Below are positions 43,516-55,324 of a DNA stretch of 64,000 nt, one piece after another. The notes under the pieces were generated by a model. That model searched no databases. It was given only the letters and a program-made list of their open reading frames with translations, and was not told the origin of the DNA. The translations under genes and the position numbers were made by a program. The DNA comes from Macrostomum hystrix. Taxonomy: Eukaryota; Animalia; Platyhelminthes. The stretch's first letter is position 1, and the number at the start of each line of letters is the position of its first letter. The stretch lies in assembly GCA_950097015.1 (NCBI GenBank), contig CATNEN010000038.1, forward strand, positions 6,820,001 through 6,884,000. The letters are read 5' to 3'.

Positions 43516-44610
43516 TCAGTAACGCGTATAGCAGCCTCGTGTGTGCAGCAGAGCGCTCACTCTCCGGGGCATCCCAAGAACCAGGCGTCGCAGAAAATCT
43601 TGCGGTAGTTGTTGCCATGCAGTAGACAGTGATTCGCGCAGTTAATTGGGCAACATTTTGCGTGGGATTGTCGCGCCGAATCGAGCGCTTCAGGTAATCC
43701 CAAACGTGGATTCATGTCTGGTGATCGGGACAATGCGAACCTCGGCCAGAGCAAGGTTCGCAGGTGCAGCAGCTCCTTCAGATGCGCCACAGCGGCTGGG
43801 CGTTGCGGTGGGGCGTTGTCGTCTTGGAGGACGCTGTTCCCGACGCCACCACATGAAGCATCAATGAAAGGCAGCAGGCGTGTCTTTACTTACTTTTACT
43901 TAATTGCAGGGGGCCTGGGGCACTTGACGCACAAGCGCAGGAACGGCATGCCCCCAGGCCGGCGAACTAGGCGGGAGTCGCCCATCGCGCCATCTGGACC
44001 CCTGGGCACCTCACACACAGCAGCAAGCCAAGCGGGGAAGGGGGTGGGAGCCGAAGTGCCTCTACCCAGGCCCGCACACAGAGAGCGCACGTGTCAGGCG
44101 TGTCACAGTCGCATCCAGGAACACGAGCTCCGTCTTCGCGTGCATTGTGATGCCTGCCCATACGTGAACAGAAGCTGACTGGCTCTCAGTGTTTTGCACG
44201 TGCTGCGGCAGCATCTCCTGTCGTGGCTGGCGCCACACGCAAATACGGCCGTAGGCACGGAACAATCGAAAGCGGCTCTCATCCGTGAAAATCACTCGCC
44301 GCCACTGCTGCTGCCTCCACTGGGCCCTTTGCATTGCCCATTGTTTCCAGCTGGCCACATGGGATGGGTTCAGGCGTGGCTGTTTGCGCATCTTACGGGA
44401 TCACAGCCCTGACTCCAGCAATTGTCGCCGGATAGCTTAGGCGCTCAGAATATTCCCTCGCCTGCTTCTTTCAGCCCACATTAGCCGTAGCAGGGGGGCT
44501 GGCAATGTGGGGCTTCCCTTCACCATTCGCAGCAATCGCCGGTCCGCCCTCCTAGTTGTACTGCGCATATTGAGCCGCCGGCCGCGCCACCCACAAGGGT
44601 CCCGCGATTC
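43516..44610 (-). pseudogene. Tc1-family (DD34E) transposase pseudogene
   Basis: STTRRADRRLLR (HTH linker), WRRVIFTDESRF, VHVWAGIT, LQDDNAPP, SPDMNP, terminal RGCYTRY*; frameshifts and a foreign insert at about 43885-44080. Confidence 0.9.
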
Positions 44611-44614
44611 TCAC

Positions 44615-45330
44615 TCCTCCTATCGTGGTTTCAGCATTGTAGAGCAGGACCGTCTCAACCCATGGCCTGGAAGAGTACGTCGAGCACGGAGGCGGTCCGG
44701 CAGAGTCGCGCTGCGGAGGACTGAGCGAATGAACTGCAGTGCTGCCCATGCGAAGCCCCTACATCGCGCAAGGTCATCTTGCGCATTGGGCACCAGGCCG
44801 CCGAGATTTGTGAAGCTCGTGCTACTAGCCGGAATGGCTGTTTTCCCATCGGCGGCTTCGCATTTGATGACAGCTGGGAGCTCCGCAGGCACCGTTTGTA
44901 GTTCCGTCTTGCTGATGCTGACAGCCAGTCCAACCGTTGGGGCCACTTCCGTCAGCCAGGTCGCCAGGTCGTCCGCGGAGCCCAGTAGGAACAGGTGCTT
45001 CTCAGACTGACGGCCGCTTGTTCGTCTGAGCAGCTGGAAGCCGTCCGTGACGGCAGTGCCTGTCTCAGCACCCAATGGAGGACCTGCACAAACAGGAATG
45101 GAGCGTTGGTGTTGCCTTGGAGAAAATCCCGAGGTTGTGAAAGGGTCCGATAGTCCGTCGGGCGTCACCACGTCTACAAGGATCAGGGGTACGTGGTAAG
45201 CGCGAAGAATTTGCAGGATGACGCCACATGCCACCGAGTCGAAGGCTTGGCGAGAATCCACAAAGATGCAAACCAGCGTGACTTGGTGGACGCGCACTCT
45301 CCTCCAGGACGCGTCGGAGAGCCAGGATCT
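44615..45330 (-). mobile_element. Decayed RTE-clade reverse transcriptase fragment
   Basis: IFVDSRQAFDSV, VVTPDGLSDPF, LLGSADDLA, VGLAVSISKTE, FTNLG, VETVLLYNAET; same family as 32985-33535. Confidence 0.88.
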
Positions 45331-45907
45331 GGCTCGAAAAGTTCGAACTAAGATAAAAAAATTGACCTATCTGATCGTGCTATTATTATCCTTACAAAGC
45401 CACCCTTAAACCTTACTAATACTCATGCAGTGTGCTTGCAAGATTCTCACAGGTCGTAGATTTACAGAGATGAATATTTAAAGTGCGCTAAAGTTTCTTC
45501 AAGACATTTAAGCTTAAATTATCCTTAAGTATGCATGCGTTAGTTGAGACGAAATTTACTGAACTGAACTGAATAAATTACGTGAAATCCACTAATTTCA
45601 ATAAAATTTAAACATACTTTATGTGGTACTGTATGTTACTACCCTCGTAAATAACAAAAGTGCTGCAGGTACTGCTATTAGCGAAAAAATTAATTATATA
45701 TTTAAAGGTATAGATTCATACAATTACAAAGTTTAATTGTGTCTTCATCTATTTTTATAAGTGCAGCCTCTGCATGTAGAGAAAATCCATTAGTACGAGC
45801 GTATGTAGATTAGAAAATAGATTTCTGATGCATCAGGGTTTTTCAGTCATGTGTAGGTTCTCCCAAATGTAAGTTGCTAACACAGTTGCTAATACTGTCA
45901 GCAAACA

Positions 45908-48900
45908 TCACTTCCTTGTCGGATGCTCCACCTGGAAGGCCGGCAAGGCCACCAAGCTAACGGTGAGGAACATCATGATTGTGAGGCTGAGGAATATCCA
46001 AAAGAAAATTCTATCCAGTGCGAAGGCTGCAGCTCGCCAGTCCTCGGTGTAGTCCTCGACGGTGGCTTCGAAGCTAGTCTGCTGCTGCTGCTGCTGCTCT
46101 AGAGGCGACCTCGGCTGCTGCTGGCTGGTAAATGAGTCCTGATGTCGCACAGAGCCGATTTGGCTGGCACCGTTTGTGGCAGCAGAGTTCAGGGCGCACT
46201 TGAAATAGCTGGCCGATGGTGGCACCTGTTAGAAAGCGCAGGTGAGCTGTTCACTTGAGCTGTCCTGTTCAGAATTGGTAACCCTTAGATTTATTTGGGA
46301 ATCTGTTCCGGTTTCTATAAGATTCGGAAATTTTCTGAGCAATTTTCTGAGTCTCGTGTCCCGCGTCTGTCAGCTCCAAACGCCAAGTCCATTACGCTCG
46401 TATTGAAAGTATTCGTTTCAAAAACAATTTCTAAACTTCGCAAGGGCTGCTTAGTAATTGTTTTTCGTATTAATTAGTTTTTCATGATTGCGAAGAAATA
46501 ACAAGCAAATTCTTAATGAACGACTGCATAGCAACAAACCTGCTGATTCTATACAGGCCTGTATCTGACTTGTTTTGCTTTCATTCGACCTTTTCTGGGG
46601 AAAAAAGATCATGCAGTTATTAAAATTTTTGTAGTCATGCGAATGTTCAAACGGAATGTTTGCTCGCACATATGAACCAAAACACGCGTGTGAGTGGCAG
46701 AGGCATTTGCCTCTCGCACCAATGTCACTGAGCTCGATTCCGCCGTGAGTCCGTATTGTTCTGGGGGCGAAGCCGCGGAGAGAGGGTTTGGGGGCTTGTC
46801 GTGCAATTTACGCCCTCGCTCGAGGGCCAATCTCCTAGGCTTAGCGAAAGTGTAAACTGCCTGACTGACACTAAAAAAATCTGACCAGATGCACACACCT
46901 ACGTGAGCATGTGCTCAGGAGTCAGCGATATGGGCAGAATTGCCTCCTCGCTGGCTATGTACCAAACACATTTAGCGCACGAGTCTCACCTGGCAGTGCT
47001 GTGGCGCAAAGTGCTGCCGCTGAAGTGGCGCATGTCGCGGCGTCCCACCGGCTTGGCCAACTACTGAAGCGCCGGCAAATCGATCGTCGGTTTCAGCGCC
47101 GCAGTCGATGTCAGCCGAGTTCAAGCTAGCCGAATCCCGTTGACCGTCGTGCCGGTGCAGTTCCACGCGGCGCATCCGGGCGATGCCGCGCTGCATCCGC
47201 AGTCTGGCTTCGAGCTTGCTGCAGGCGGCCACCTGGCGCTGGCGCCACTTCCGGTGCATCCGCGCCAGGCGCAACACGAAGGCCCCTGGACGAGCCTGCG
47301 CCTCTGAGAAGTAGAAGTGCGTCACCGTGACGGCCATCACCACAGCCAGCGCCACCATCAGCATCGTGACGCTAAACAGAAGGCCTGATGAAGCGGTCGG
47401 TAGGTACAAAAATTACGAGTGATGTCTCTGACCTCGAATCCGCAGCCGTAGAGACGCTTGGAGGCTTGTGGTGCAATTAGCGCCCATCCATGCTAATACC
47501 CCGAGGTACAGGAGGATTTTTAGTTTGTGTATTTTTGTGTACGTATCCTTTTGCGTGTAAGTGCAATGAGTTCTGAATAAAATAGGCCGAATTGCTTACT
47601 CGCTTTTAGCATTTAGCCTTCCTGCAAATATGGCTGCCCTTATTATGGTTAATTAGGCGGGGAGAGCTGCATGGGCTGTGACAGGAGCTGCAATGCAATC
47701 TCACCGACAACAGGTACCGCGTCGGGTGTCGGCGGCATGGCCTCGCTGACCATGAGCAGAAACACCACCAATGCCAGCAGCACGGTGATCTCCAGGTTGA
47801 CCTTCTCGCCGGACTCAATCGGCAGGAAGAAGCCCAGGATGGACACGCAGTAGATGAGAAGGCACGGACAGATCAAATTGATCACGTAGAAGAGACAGCG
47901 TCGGTACATGTGGATGGTAAAGTGCACAAGGGGAAACGGCTCCACGCAGCATGGGTAGATGCGCTCCTCCAGGTAGGGCGTGATGGACGTCACCATCCAC
48001 TCCTGATTACGCTCGATGAAGTAGACCTTCTGGTCGTCTGGGCCGGTGTGGTTCAGCCGCAGGCGGAAGCCGTCATAGGTCCATGACATCAGCGTCACGT
48101 TGCAGTCCTGCGTGTCGAATGGAAAGTAACGAACGTCCAGAGTGCAGTACATCTTTACCACAATGGGAAAAGTCCACATCACTTTTCCAGCCGAGTTCAC
48201 GATGGCGTTCGTGTTGATGTAGTCTGAGTACTCATCGTTAGCGCTAAAGTTGACAATATGTGGGTGAAGTGAGTCGCTAGTTTGTCACTTTTTACAGCTT
48301 GGTGTAACCTATCTTTCAACCTAAGCCCCTACACTGACTGGGGATGTTATTGTCCGCTCCCAGTCTTCTGCTCTTTTCAGGTTTTGCCTCTGCACTTGGC
48401 TTGGATCCGCACCTGTTGCACTCTCTGACCCTGCGTGGCTGGGAGGGGCGCTTTGTGTATGCCTGCGCTTGTGATTCCTTTGTCTGCCTGATAATTGCTA
48501 GGGATCCTTAAAGGACAGAGCCTGTTTACTTGAACTTATGACTAATGTCTATTTTTAGCAACACGTTTTCCTGTCTTGGGATCCCTTCTCCTACGTATAT
48601 CCTAAGAATGCCTGACGTCAGTTTCTATTTTTAGTAACAGACCCCTCAGTTATAGGTCAGTTTCTATTTATAGAAACCACGTGATGCGCTGGTTACCCCT
48701 ACTTTGTCTGCACTATATTAACAGTGCCCCGCTGAGGCCAAGATCAGAGAAGTTCTCTAAGTTTTTTCTAATTTTCTTACCCTTTCGGTATTATTCTATT
48801 TCTGCGTTCCCAATTATTCTGTCCCTTAGTTTGTGCCTTCGTGCCCGCTAAAGCTTCAATTCAAAGACTGACAATAAACTATTATCCCCTCTAACTTCCC

Positions 48901-51500
48901 AGATCCTGTTGAGGGTGGCCGACGACCTGCGGCATTGTGCTCAACCTAAATTCCTGCGAGAGCTCTGTTCTAATCTGACCCATTTCCCTTCGAGTGTGTG
49001 GCAACTCCCTGACCACAGTGTGAGAAGCTACGGGTAAGGATCGAGCAGTGAAAATGATAAATACAAATGTTTGAATCAATACGGACAATGATTTTCAGAT
49101 GTTGACCTGCTGTGAGCACTTACTAATTAGCGATGATCATGTCGGGTCGCCAGATGCTCCTAGAAGGAATCCAGATCTTCTCAATCGGATAGCTGCTACG
49201 ATTCCACCTGAGGTATTCGTCTACCCAGTGCTGAAGATGAAAATCAAAGGCTAGATTTAGCATGCGAAAAGTTCATCTGGTGGACCGTACGGGTTTTATA
49301 AAATTTACTGCATTAGCAGCTCACCAGCCGAAGGGAAAGCAGGGCAGAGACCGTCTGATGGCGCTCGCTCTGGACAGAAAAATGGGTTGGAAACAAGAAG
49401 AATAGAATTAACTGAAACTTGAGCAATTGACTGAAAAGATCGGTAAGTGCTTCCGGGAAAGTGTTGTTAAATTAACGAATTAAATGAATTAAAAGTGCAA
49501 ATTTAAAGATAAGTTTAAATTTAACCTCGCTCGAGGTCACGATTTGAATCTCAGCTCACGGTAAACAATTTCTGTCCTTAATCAAGACAAAAATTGTATT
49601 AATTGTCTGTATAAGTGCTTTTGTTTGAGTAGTCATTTGGGTGGTTGCTGGGGCCTGCCCAGTCCATGGACTGAGCAGGTGTACACATCCATCAACAATT
49701 GCAGGAGGGCTGTGAGATTTGGTGACACTAGACCCGTTTCGCTGCCCAATTCGCTGACTACTGAGCACACGAACACAGATACTGTACACAGGCACACGCT
49801 CACACAGGTGTGTACACCCTATGTCTGGCTTTCTTATCGCCAGGCAGTGTACACTGTCACTATGCCTTGGAGGTTGGGCCTCAAGAGCATAAATCGCCGC
49901 GGCTGCACCCCAAATAAATGTGGCCTCGCCGCGGAATCGAGCTCACGGACATTGGTTGTACATGTGGCTCGACTTGGCTACGAGAAACTATCTAAAAGTT
50001 ATCTATCAAAATCTTAGATGTGAATCATTCCCTAAAGAGCCTTCTAAAGGCAACTCAAATTCTCGACTCACGGTGTCCAGGATGTGGAAGAGCGACACTC
50101 CCAGGCCGCAGGTGATTACCGTCTTGTCCTCCCGGACCGGTCGGCTGGTGACGTCATAGCCGCGTAGCAGAAACTGCTTCAGCCGATACTCGACTGAGGA
50201 ATTGCCGTACGGCAGGTCGCTAGTCCAGGTAAAGGCTTCGGCTGAGAAGCAAATGGAAACGAAATCTTCATCGAACAATTAAAAATTCTTCTGGTCAAGT
50301 TTGGTATCCATAAATTTGAGTTTTGGGATAAAAACCACACTAGATGAAAGTCCCTCAGAAGAAGTGGCAGTTCTAGAATTAAATTAAGTGGGGCAGCTGA
50401 TGGACACGAGTTTCGCATTAGAGCCTGTTGTTATCTGTCTAGTCCTGCGTCCTGCCACCGATGCATCTGGACCCAAAATTGGCAGGCCTGAGTTTAATCT
50501 TGCCCTTGACTTGATGATCAAGTAATTTTCTGTGCTTTTGCGAAACACAGCAAAATGCACTTTCACAAGATTTATCCGAAATTCGACTAGTCATCTAATA
50601 TCATATCTATCCACCACTCTCTGTGTCTCTCCCTCCGTCTCTCCACTTCTCTCTTTCTACCTCCCAACGAGGGCCACAACCTGGCAGACTTTGCCTTCAC
50701 CGGCGTGTGGACACGCGACGACTCGGGACCACGAACTGGTGAGCGCCACGAGGCTAAACTCATCGAAGTCCTGAGGACTGGCGTCCCACACGGCGTCAAT
50801 GAGCTGTCCAGTGTGCAGCACAACCCGGCCATCTGTCTCTCCACATCCCTCTTTCAATCTCCCTCTGTCTCTCCACATCCCTCTTTCAATCTCCCTCTGT
50901 CTCTCCACATCCCTCTTTCAATCTCCCTCTGTCTCTCCACATCCCTCTTTCAATCTCCCTCTGTCTCTCCACATCCCTCTTTCAATCTCTCTCTGTCTCA
51001 CCACATCCCTCTTTCAATCTCCCTCTGTCTCTCCACATCCCTCTTTCAATCTCCCTCTGTCTCTCCACATCCCTCTTTCAATCTCCCTCTGTCTCTCCAC
51101 ATCCCTCTTTCAATCCCCCTCTGTCTCTCCACATCCCTCTTTCAATCCCCCTCTGTCTCTCCACATCCCTCTTTCAATCTCCCTCTGTCTCACCACATCC
51201 CTCTTTCAATCTCCCTCTGTCTCACCACATCCCTCTTTCAATCTCCCTCTGTCTCTCCACATCCCTCTTTCAATCTCCCTCTGTCTCACCACATCCCTCT
51301 TTCAATCTCCCTCTGTCTCACCACATCCCTCTTTCAATCTCCCTCTGTCTCTCCACATCCCTCTTTCAATCTCCCTCTGTCTCTCCACCTCTCTCTCTCT
51401 CTCTCTCAGGCAGCAGCAGTACTCGGGTCTCACCGCTGTCTATGGGCAGTCCCGGTAGCAGCAGGCAGGCCAGCAGCCACAGCCGCAGCTGGAGTCGCAT
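45908..51500 (-). CDS. Nicotinic acetylcholine receptor alpha-type subunit (Cys-loop cation channel), about 546 aa
   Basis: Exons 51500-51434 (signal peptide MRLQLRLWLLACLLLPGLPIDS), 50241-50072, 49369-49325 (canonical 45-nt exon), 49230-49124, 48243-47705, 47384-46990, 46225-45908. Cys-loop CTLDVRYFPFDTQDC, SWTYDG, vicinal YPCC, M2 SGEKVNLEITVLLALVVFLL, M4 DWRAAAFALDRIFFWIF. Confidence 0.95.
46690..46960 (+). mobile_element. SINE family A copy in nAChR intron 6
   Basis: tRNA-like head (GAGCTCGATTCC) plus family body and tail. Confidence 0.8.
48300..49020 (+). mobile_element. Possible solo LTR in nAChR intron 4
   Basis: TG start; MEF2-type, CRE and E-box sites; TATA-like 48714; AATAAA 48873; ends near CA. 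No TSD found. Confidence 0.4.
48549..48721 (+). promoter_or_regulatory. Cluster of three MEF2 consensus sites, CRE, E-box and TATA-like box
   Basis: CTATTTTTAG 48549-48558 and 48625-48634, CTATTTATAG 48664-48673, TGACGTCA 48613-48620, CACGTG 48678-48683, TATATTAA 48714-48721. Confidence 0.5.
49525..49690 (+). mobile_element. Old diverged SINE family B-related copy
   Basis: AACAATTTCTGTCCTTAATCAAGACA and CCCAGTCCATGGACTGA match the family B body; a similar relic lies at about 59100-59215. Confidence 0.55.
49715..49960 (-). mobile_element. SINE family A copy with internal deletions
   Basis: Reverse-complement homology including the B-box GAGCTCGATTCC. Confidence 0.8.
50660..50825 (+). mobile_element. 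Penelope-like element GIY-YIG endonuclease C-terminal fragment
   Basis: NEGHNLADFAFTGVW...RHEAKLIEVLRTGVPHGVN matches the PLE H...DF.F....R...E..LI..L.T..P.G.N motif. Confidence 0.7.
50832..51408. repeat. 32-bp pyrimidine-rich minisatellite (CTCTGTCTCTCCACATCCCTCTTTCAATCTCC)n
   Basis: About 17 copies in nAChR intron 1. Confidence 0.96.
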
Positions 51501-51924
51501 ATTCGTCCGTGTGGAATCCTGGTACCGAATTGTGGATTTCAGCTCCTGGAATTAGGAAAGCCTGTGCAGTTGCAACTGTCAAATACACAAGCCCTCCAAA
51601 TCATGGCCTTTCAACAGCCAATCGGACGTCGAGTTCGCCTCCAGTTGGAGCAGGCGATTAGTCGCGGCCAAATTGCCAGATTAACGTCGAGTCCAACAGC
51701 AGGACAGAAGACCTCGGCCAACCAATTATCTCTGACAGATTCATCAACGCCACGGATCAGCAACAGAAGTCCGCTTGCTGACTGCCATGTGTCTGTCTGA
51801 TCTGTCGCGATGATCTAAAACCTACAAGATGCCGACTCAACATCGTGGGCGAGTGCTCGGAAAAATCCCGCCTTTAAACTACTTTTCCACGCCCTTTTTC
51901 CTCCGTTGCTTTTGTAGTAATGAT

Positions 51925-53462
51925 ACTCTACTTCTCCTCCCCTCACACTACTTCTCCACCTCTCACACTACTTCTCCTCCTCTCACACTACTTCTCCTCC
52001 TCTAACACTACTTCTTCTCCTCTAACACTACTTCTTCTCGTCTCAGCCTACTTATCCTCCTCTCACACTACTTCTCCACCTCTCACACTACTTCTCCTCC
52101 TCTCACACTACTTATCCTCCCTCACACTACTTCTTCTCCCTCACACTACTTCTTCTCCCTCACACTACTTCTCCACCTCTCACACTACTTCTTCTCGTCT
52201 CAGCCTACTTGTCCTCCTCTCACACTACTTCTTCTCGTCTCAGCCTACTTGTCCTCCTCTCACACTACTTCTTCTCGTCTCAGCCTACTTGTCCTCCTCT
52301 CACACTACTTCTCCACCTCTCACACTACTTCTCCTCCTCTCACACTACTTCTCCACCTCTCACACTATTTCTCCTCCTCTCACACTACTTCTTCTCCCTC
52401 ACACTACTTCTCCACCTCTCACACTATTTCTCCTCCTCTTATGCTACTTATCCTCCTCTCAGCCTACTTCTCCTCCCTCACACTACTTCTTCTCCCTCAC
52501 ACTACTTCTTCTCCCTCCCACTACTTCTCCACCTCTCACACTATTTCTCCACCTCTCACACTACTTCTCCTCCCTCACACTACTTCTCCTCCCTCCCACT
52601 ACTTCTCCACCTCTCACACTATTTCTCCTCCTCTCACACTACTTCTCCTCCCTCACACTACTTCTCCTCCCTCCCACTACTTCTCCACCTCTCACACTAT
52701 TTCTCCTCTTCTCACACTACTTCTCCACCTCTCCCACTACTTCTCCACCTCTCACACTATTTCTCCTCCTCTCACACTACTTCTCCTCCCTCACACTACT
52801 TCTCCTCCCTCACACTACTTCTTCTCCCTCCCACTACTTCTCCACCTCTCACACTACTTCTCCTCCCTCACACTACTTCTTCTCCCTCCCACTACTTCTC
52901 CACCTCTCACACTACTTCTCCTCCCTCACACTACTTCTTCTCCCTCACACTACTTCTTCTCCCTCCCACTACTTCTCCACCTCTCACACTACTTCTCCTC
53001 CTCTCACACTACTTCTTCTCCCTCACACTACTTGTCCTCCTCTCACACTACTTCTCCACCTCTCACACTACTTCTCCACCTCTCACACTACTTCTCCTCC
53101 TCTCACACTACTTCTTCTCCCTCACACTACTTGTCCTCCTCTCACACTACTTCTCCACCTCTCACACTATTTCTCCTCCTCTCACACTACTTCTTCTCCC
53201 TCACACTACTTCTCCACCTCTCACACTACTTGTCCTCCTCTCACACTACTTCTCCTCCTCTCACACTACTTCTCCTCCTCTCACACTACTTGTCCTCCTC
53301 TCACACTACTTCTCCTCCTCTCACACTACTTCTTCTCGTCTCAGCCTACTTGTCCTCCTCTCACACTACTTCTCCACCTCTCAGCCTACTTATCCTCCTC
53401 TCACACTACTTCTCCACCTCTCACACTACTTCTCCACCTCTCCCACTACTTCTCCTCCTCTC
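51925..53462. repeat. About 20-bp minisatellite (CTCACACTACTTCTCCTCCT)n
   Basis: About 75 variant copies. Confidence 0.97.
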
Positions 53463-54034
53463 TAGACCCATTGCTTCGAATAACCAGTAGATCATAAAGT
53501 TTTCCCACCAGGCTTAAAAAACATTCTTCTATATGACCATCAAAGCCGTGTTTTATTAACAACTAACATTATAAAATCTACCGACATTTGTTGGGATAGA
53601 AAATTTAGTATAATTATTTTAGTTTATAGCAACATATTTTTATCAGTGTGCAGTACCTAATGCAGTAGAAAATGCAGCAACAATTCAATGAGACCCGACT
53701 CAAAAATACTTGCGCCAAAGCAGCCAGTCCTACAGTGAAAGCCATTAGATTAATGATACAGCTTTCCCTACACTAGAATAGCCGACGATTATGCTATGAG
53801 CGCATGCTTGCTGGCTTGCTGGCTGTAAGTTCCACTCCTCCGAAATCGTAAATTCTGTGCCAGGGAAAATATCATAAAAATGCAGCTTTGACTGCCCAAC
53901 ACCCTGGCAGCTATCCCAACAGCCAACTGCAGGCAGCCAAACCCTATCTTCTCCCAACAGCATTCCTTTCGAAGTCCTCGTTTACACCCGCAGTTTATGA
54001 AAGAAATCGGAAGTGCCCGCTGAACACAGCGAAT

Positions 54035-55035
54035 GTCTGTGAATCGGGATTCTGTGTGAATCGGGATTCTGAGTGAATCGGGATTCTGAGTGAATCGGGA
54101 TTCTGAGTGAATCGGGATTCTGAGTGAATCGGGATTCTGAGTGAATCGGGATTCTGAGTGAATCGGGATTCTGAGTGAATCGGGATTCTGTGTGAATCGG
54201 GATTCTGAGTGAATCGGGATTTTGTGTGAATCGGGATTTTGTGTGAATCTGGATTATGTGTGAATCTGGATTATGTGTGAATCTGGATTTTGTGTGAATC
54301 AGGATTCAGTGTGAATCGGGATTTTGTGTGAATCGGGATTCTGTGTGAATTGGGATTTGTGTGAATCTGGATTTTGTGTGAATCGGGATTCAGTGTGAAT
54401 CTGGATTTTGTGTGAATCAGGATTCAGTGTGAATCGGGATTTTGTGTGAATCGGGATTTTGTGTGAATCGGGATTTTGTGTGAATCGGGATTTTGTGTGA
54501 ATCGGGATTTTGTGTGAATCGGGATTTTGTGTGAATCGGGATTTTGTGTGAATTGGGATTTTGCATGAATTGGGTTTCTGTGTGAATTGTGAATTCGGAT
54601 TCTGTGTGACTCGGGATTCTGTGTGACTAGGGATTCTGTGTGACTCGGGATTCTGTGTGACTAGGGATTCTGTGTGACTCGGGATTCTGTGTGAGTTGGG
54701 ATTCTGTGTGAATCGGGATTATGTGTGAATCGTGATTCTGTCTGACTATGGATTCTGTGTGACTAGGGATTCTGTGTGACTCGGGATTCTGTGTGACTAG
54801 GGATTCTGTGTGACTCGGGACTCTGTGTGAGTTGGGACTCTGTGTGAATCGGGATTCTGTGTGAATCGTGATTCTGTGTGACTATGGATTCTGTGTGACT
54901 AGGGATTCTGTGTGACTAGGGATTCTGTGTGACTCGGGATTCTGTGTGAATCGTGATTCTGTGTGACTATGGATTCTGTGTGACTAGGGATTCTGTGTGA
55001 CTCGGGATTCTGTGTGACTAGGGATTCTGTGTGAA
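54035..55035. repeat. 17-bp minisatellite (GTGAATCGGGATTCTGT)n
   Basis: About 59 copies; same family as 61470-61980. Confidence 0.96.
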
Positions 55036-55324
55036 TGATGATTCAGTTCAGTTGTCAGCAAAAAATTTCTGATCATTTAAGACCAGCAAAATACGATTGA
55101 CAACAGCTCATGTGGGCCAGTTTAAGTAGATGCAAGCTAAATTTTATTTGCTTTTTTCTACTTTTTTAAGGTTTTGAACCACATTTCATCCTCTGAGTTG
55201 GGTTTGATTCTGTTGTTTGGGTTGAAATGAACCCAGGAATTCGATAGTAATTTCAATTCCTTTGCATTTTTTTCTTTTTTTAATTGCTATTTTTATTCTA
55301 CTCGTATTCTCCTCTTTTAACCCG

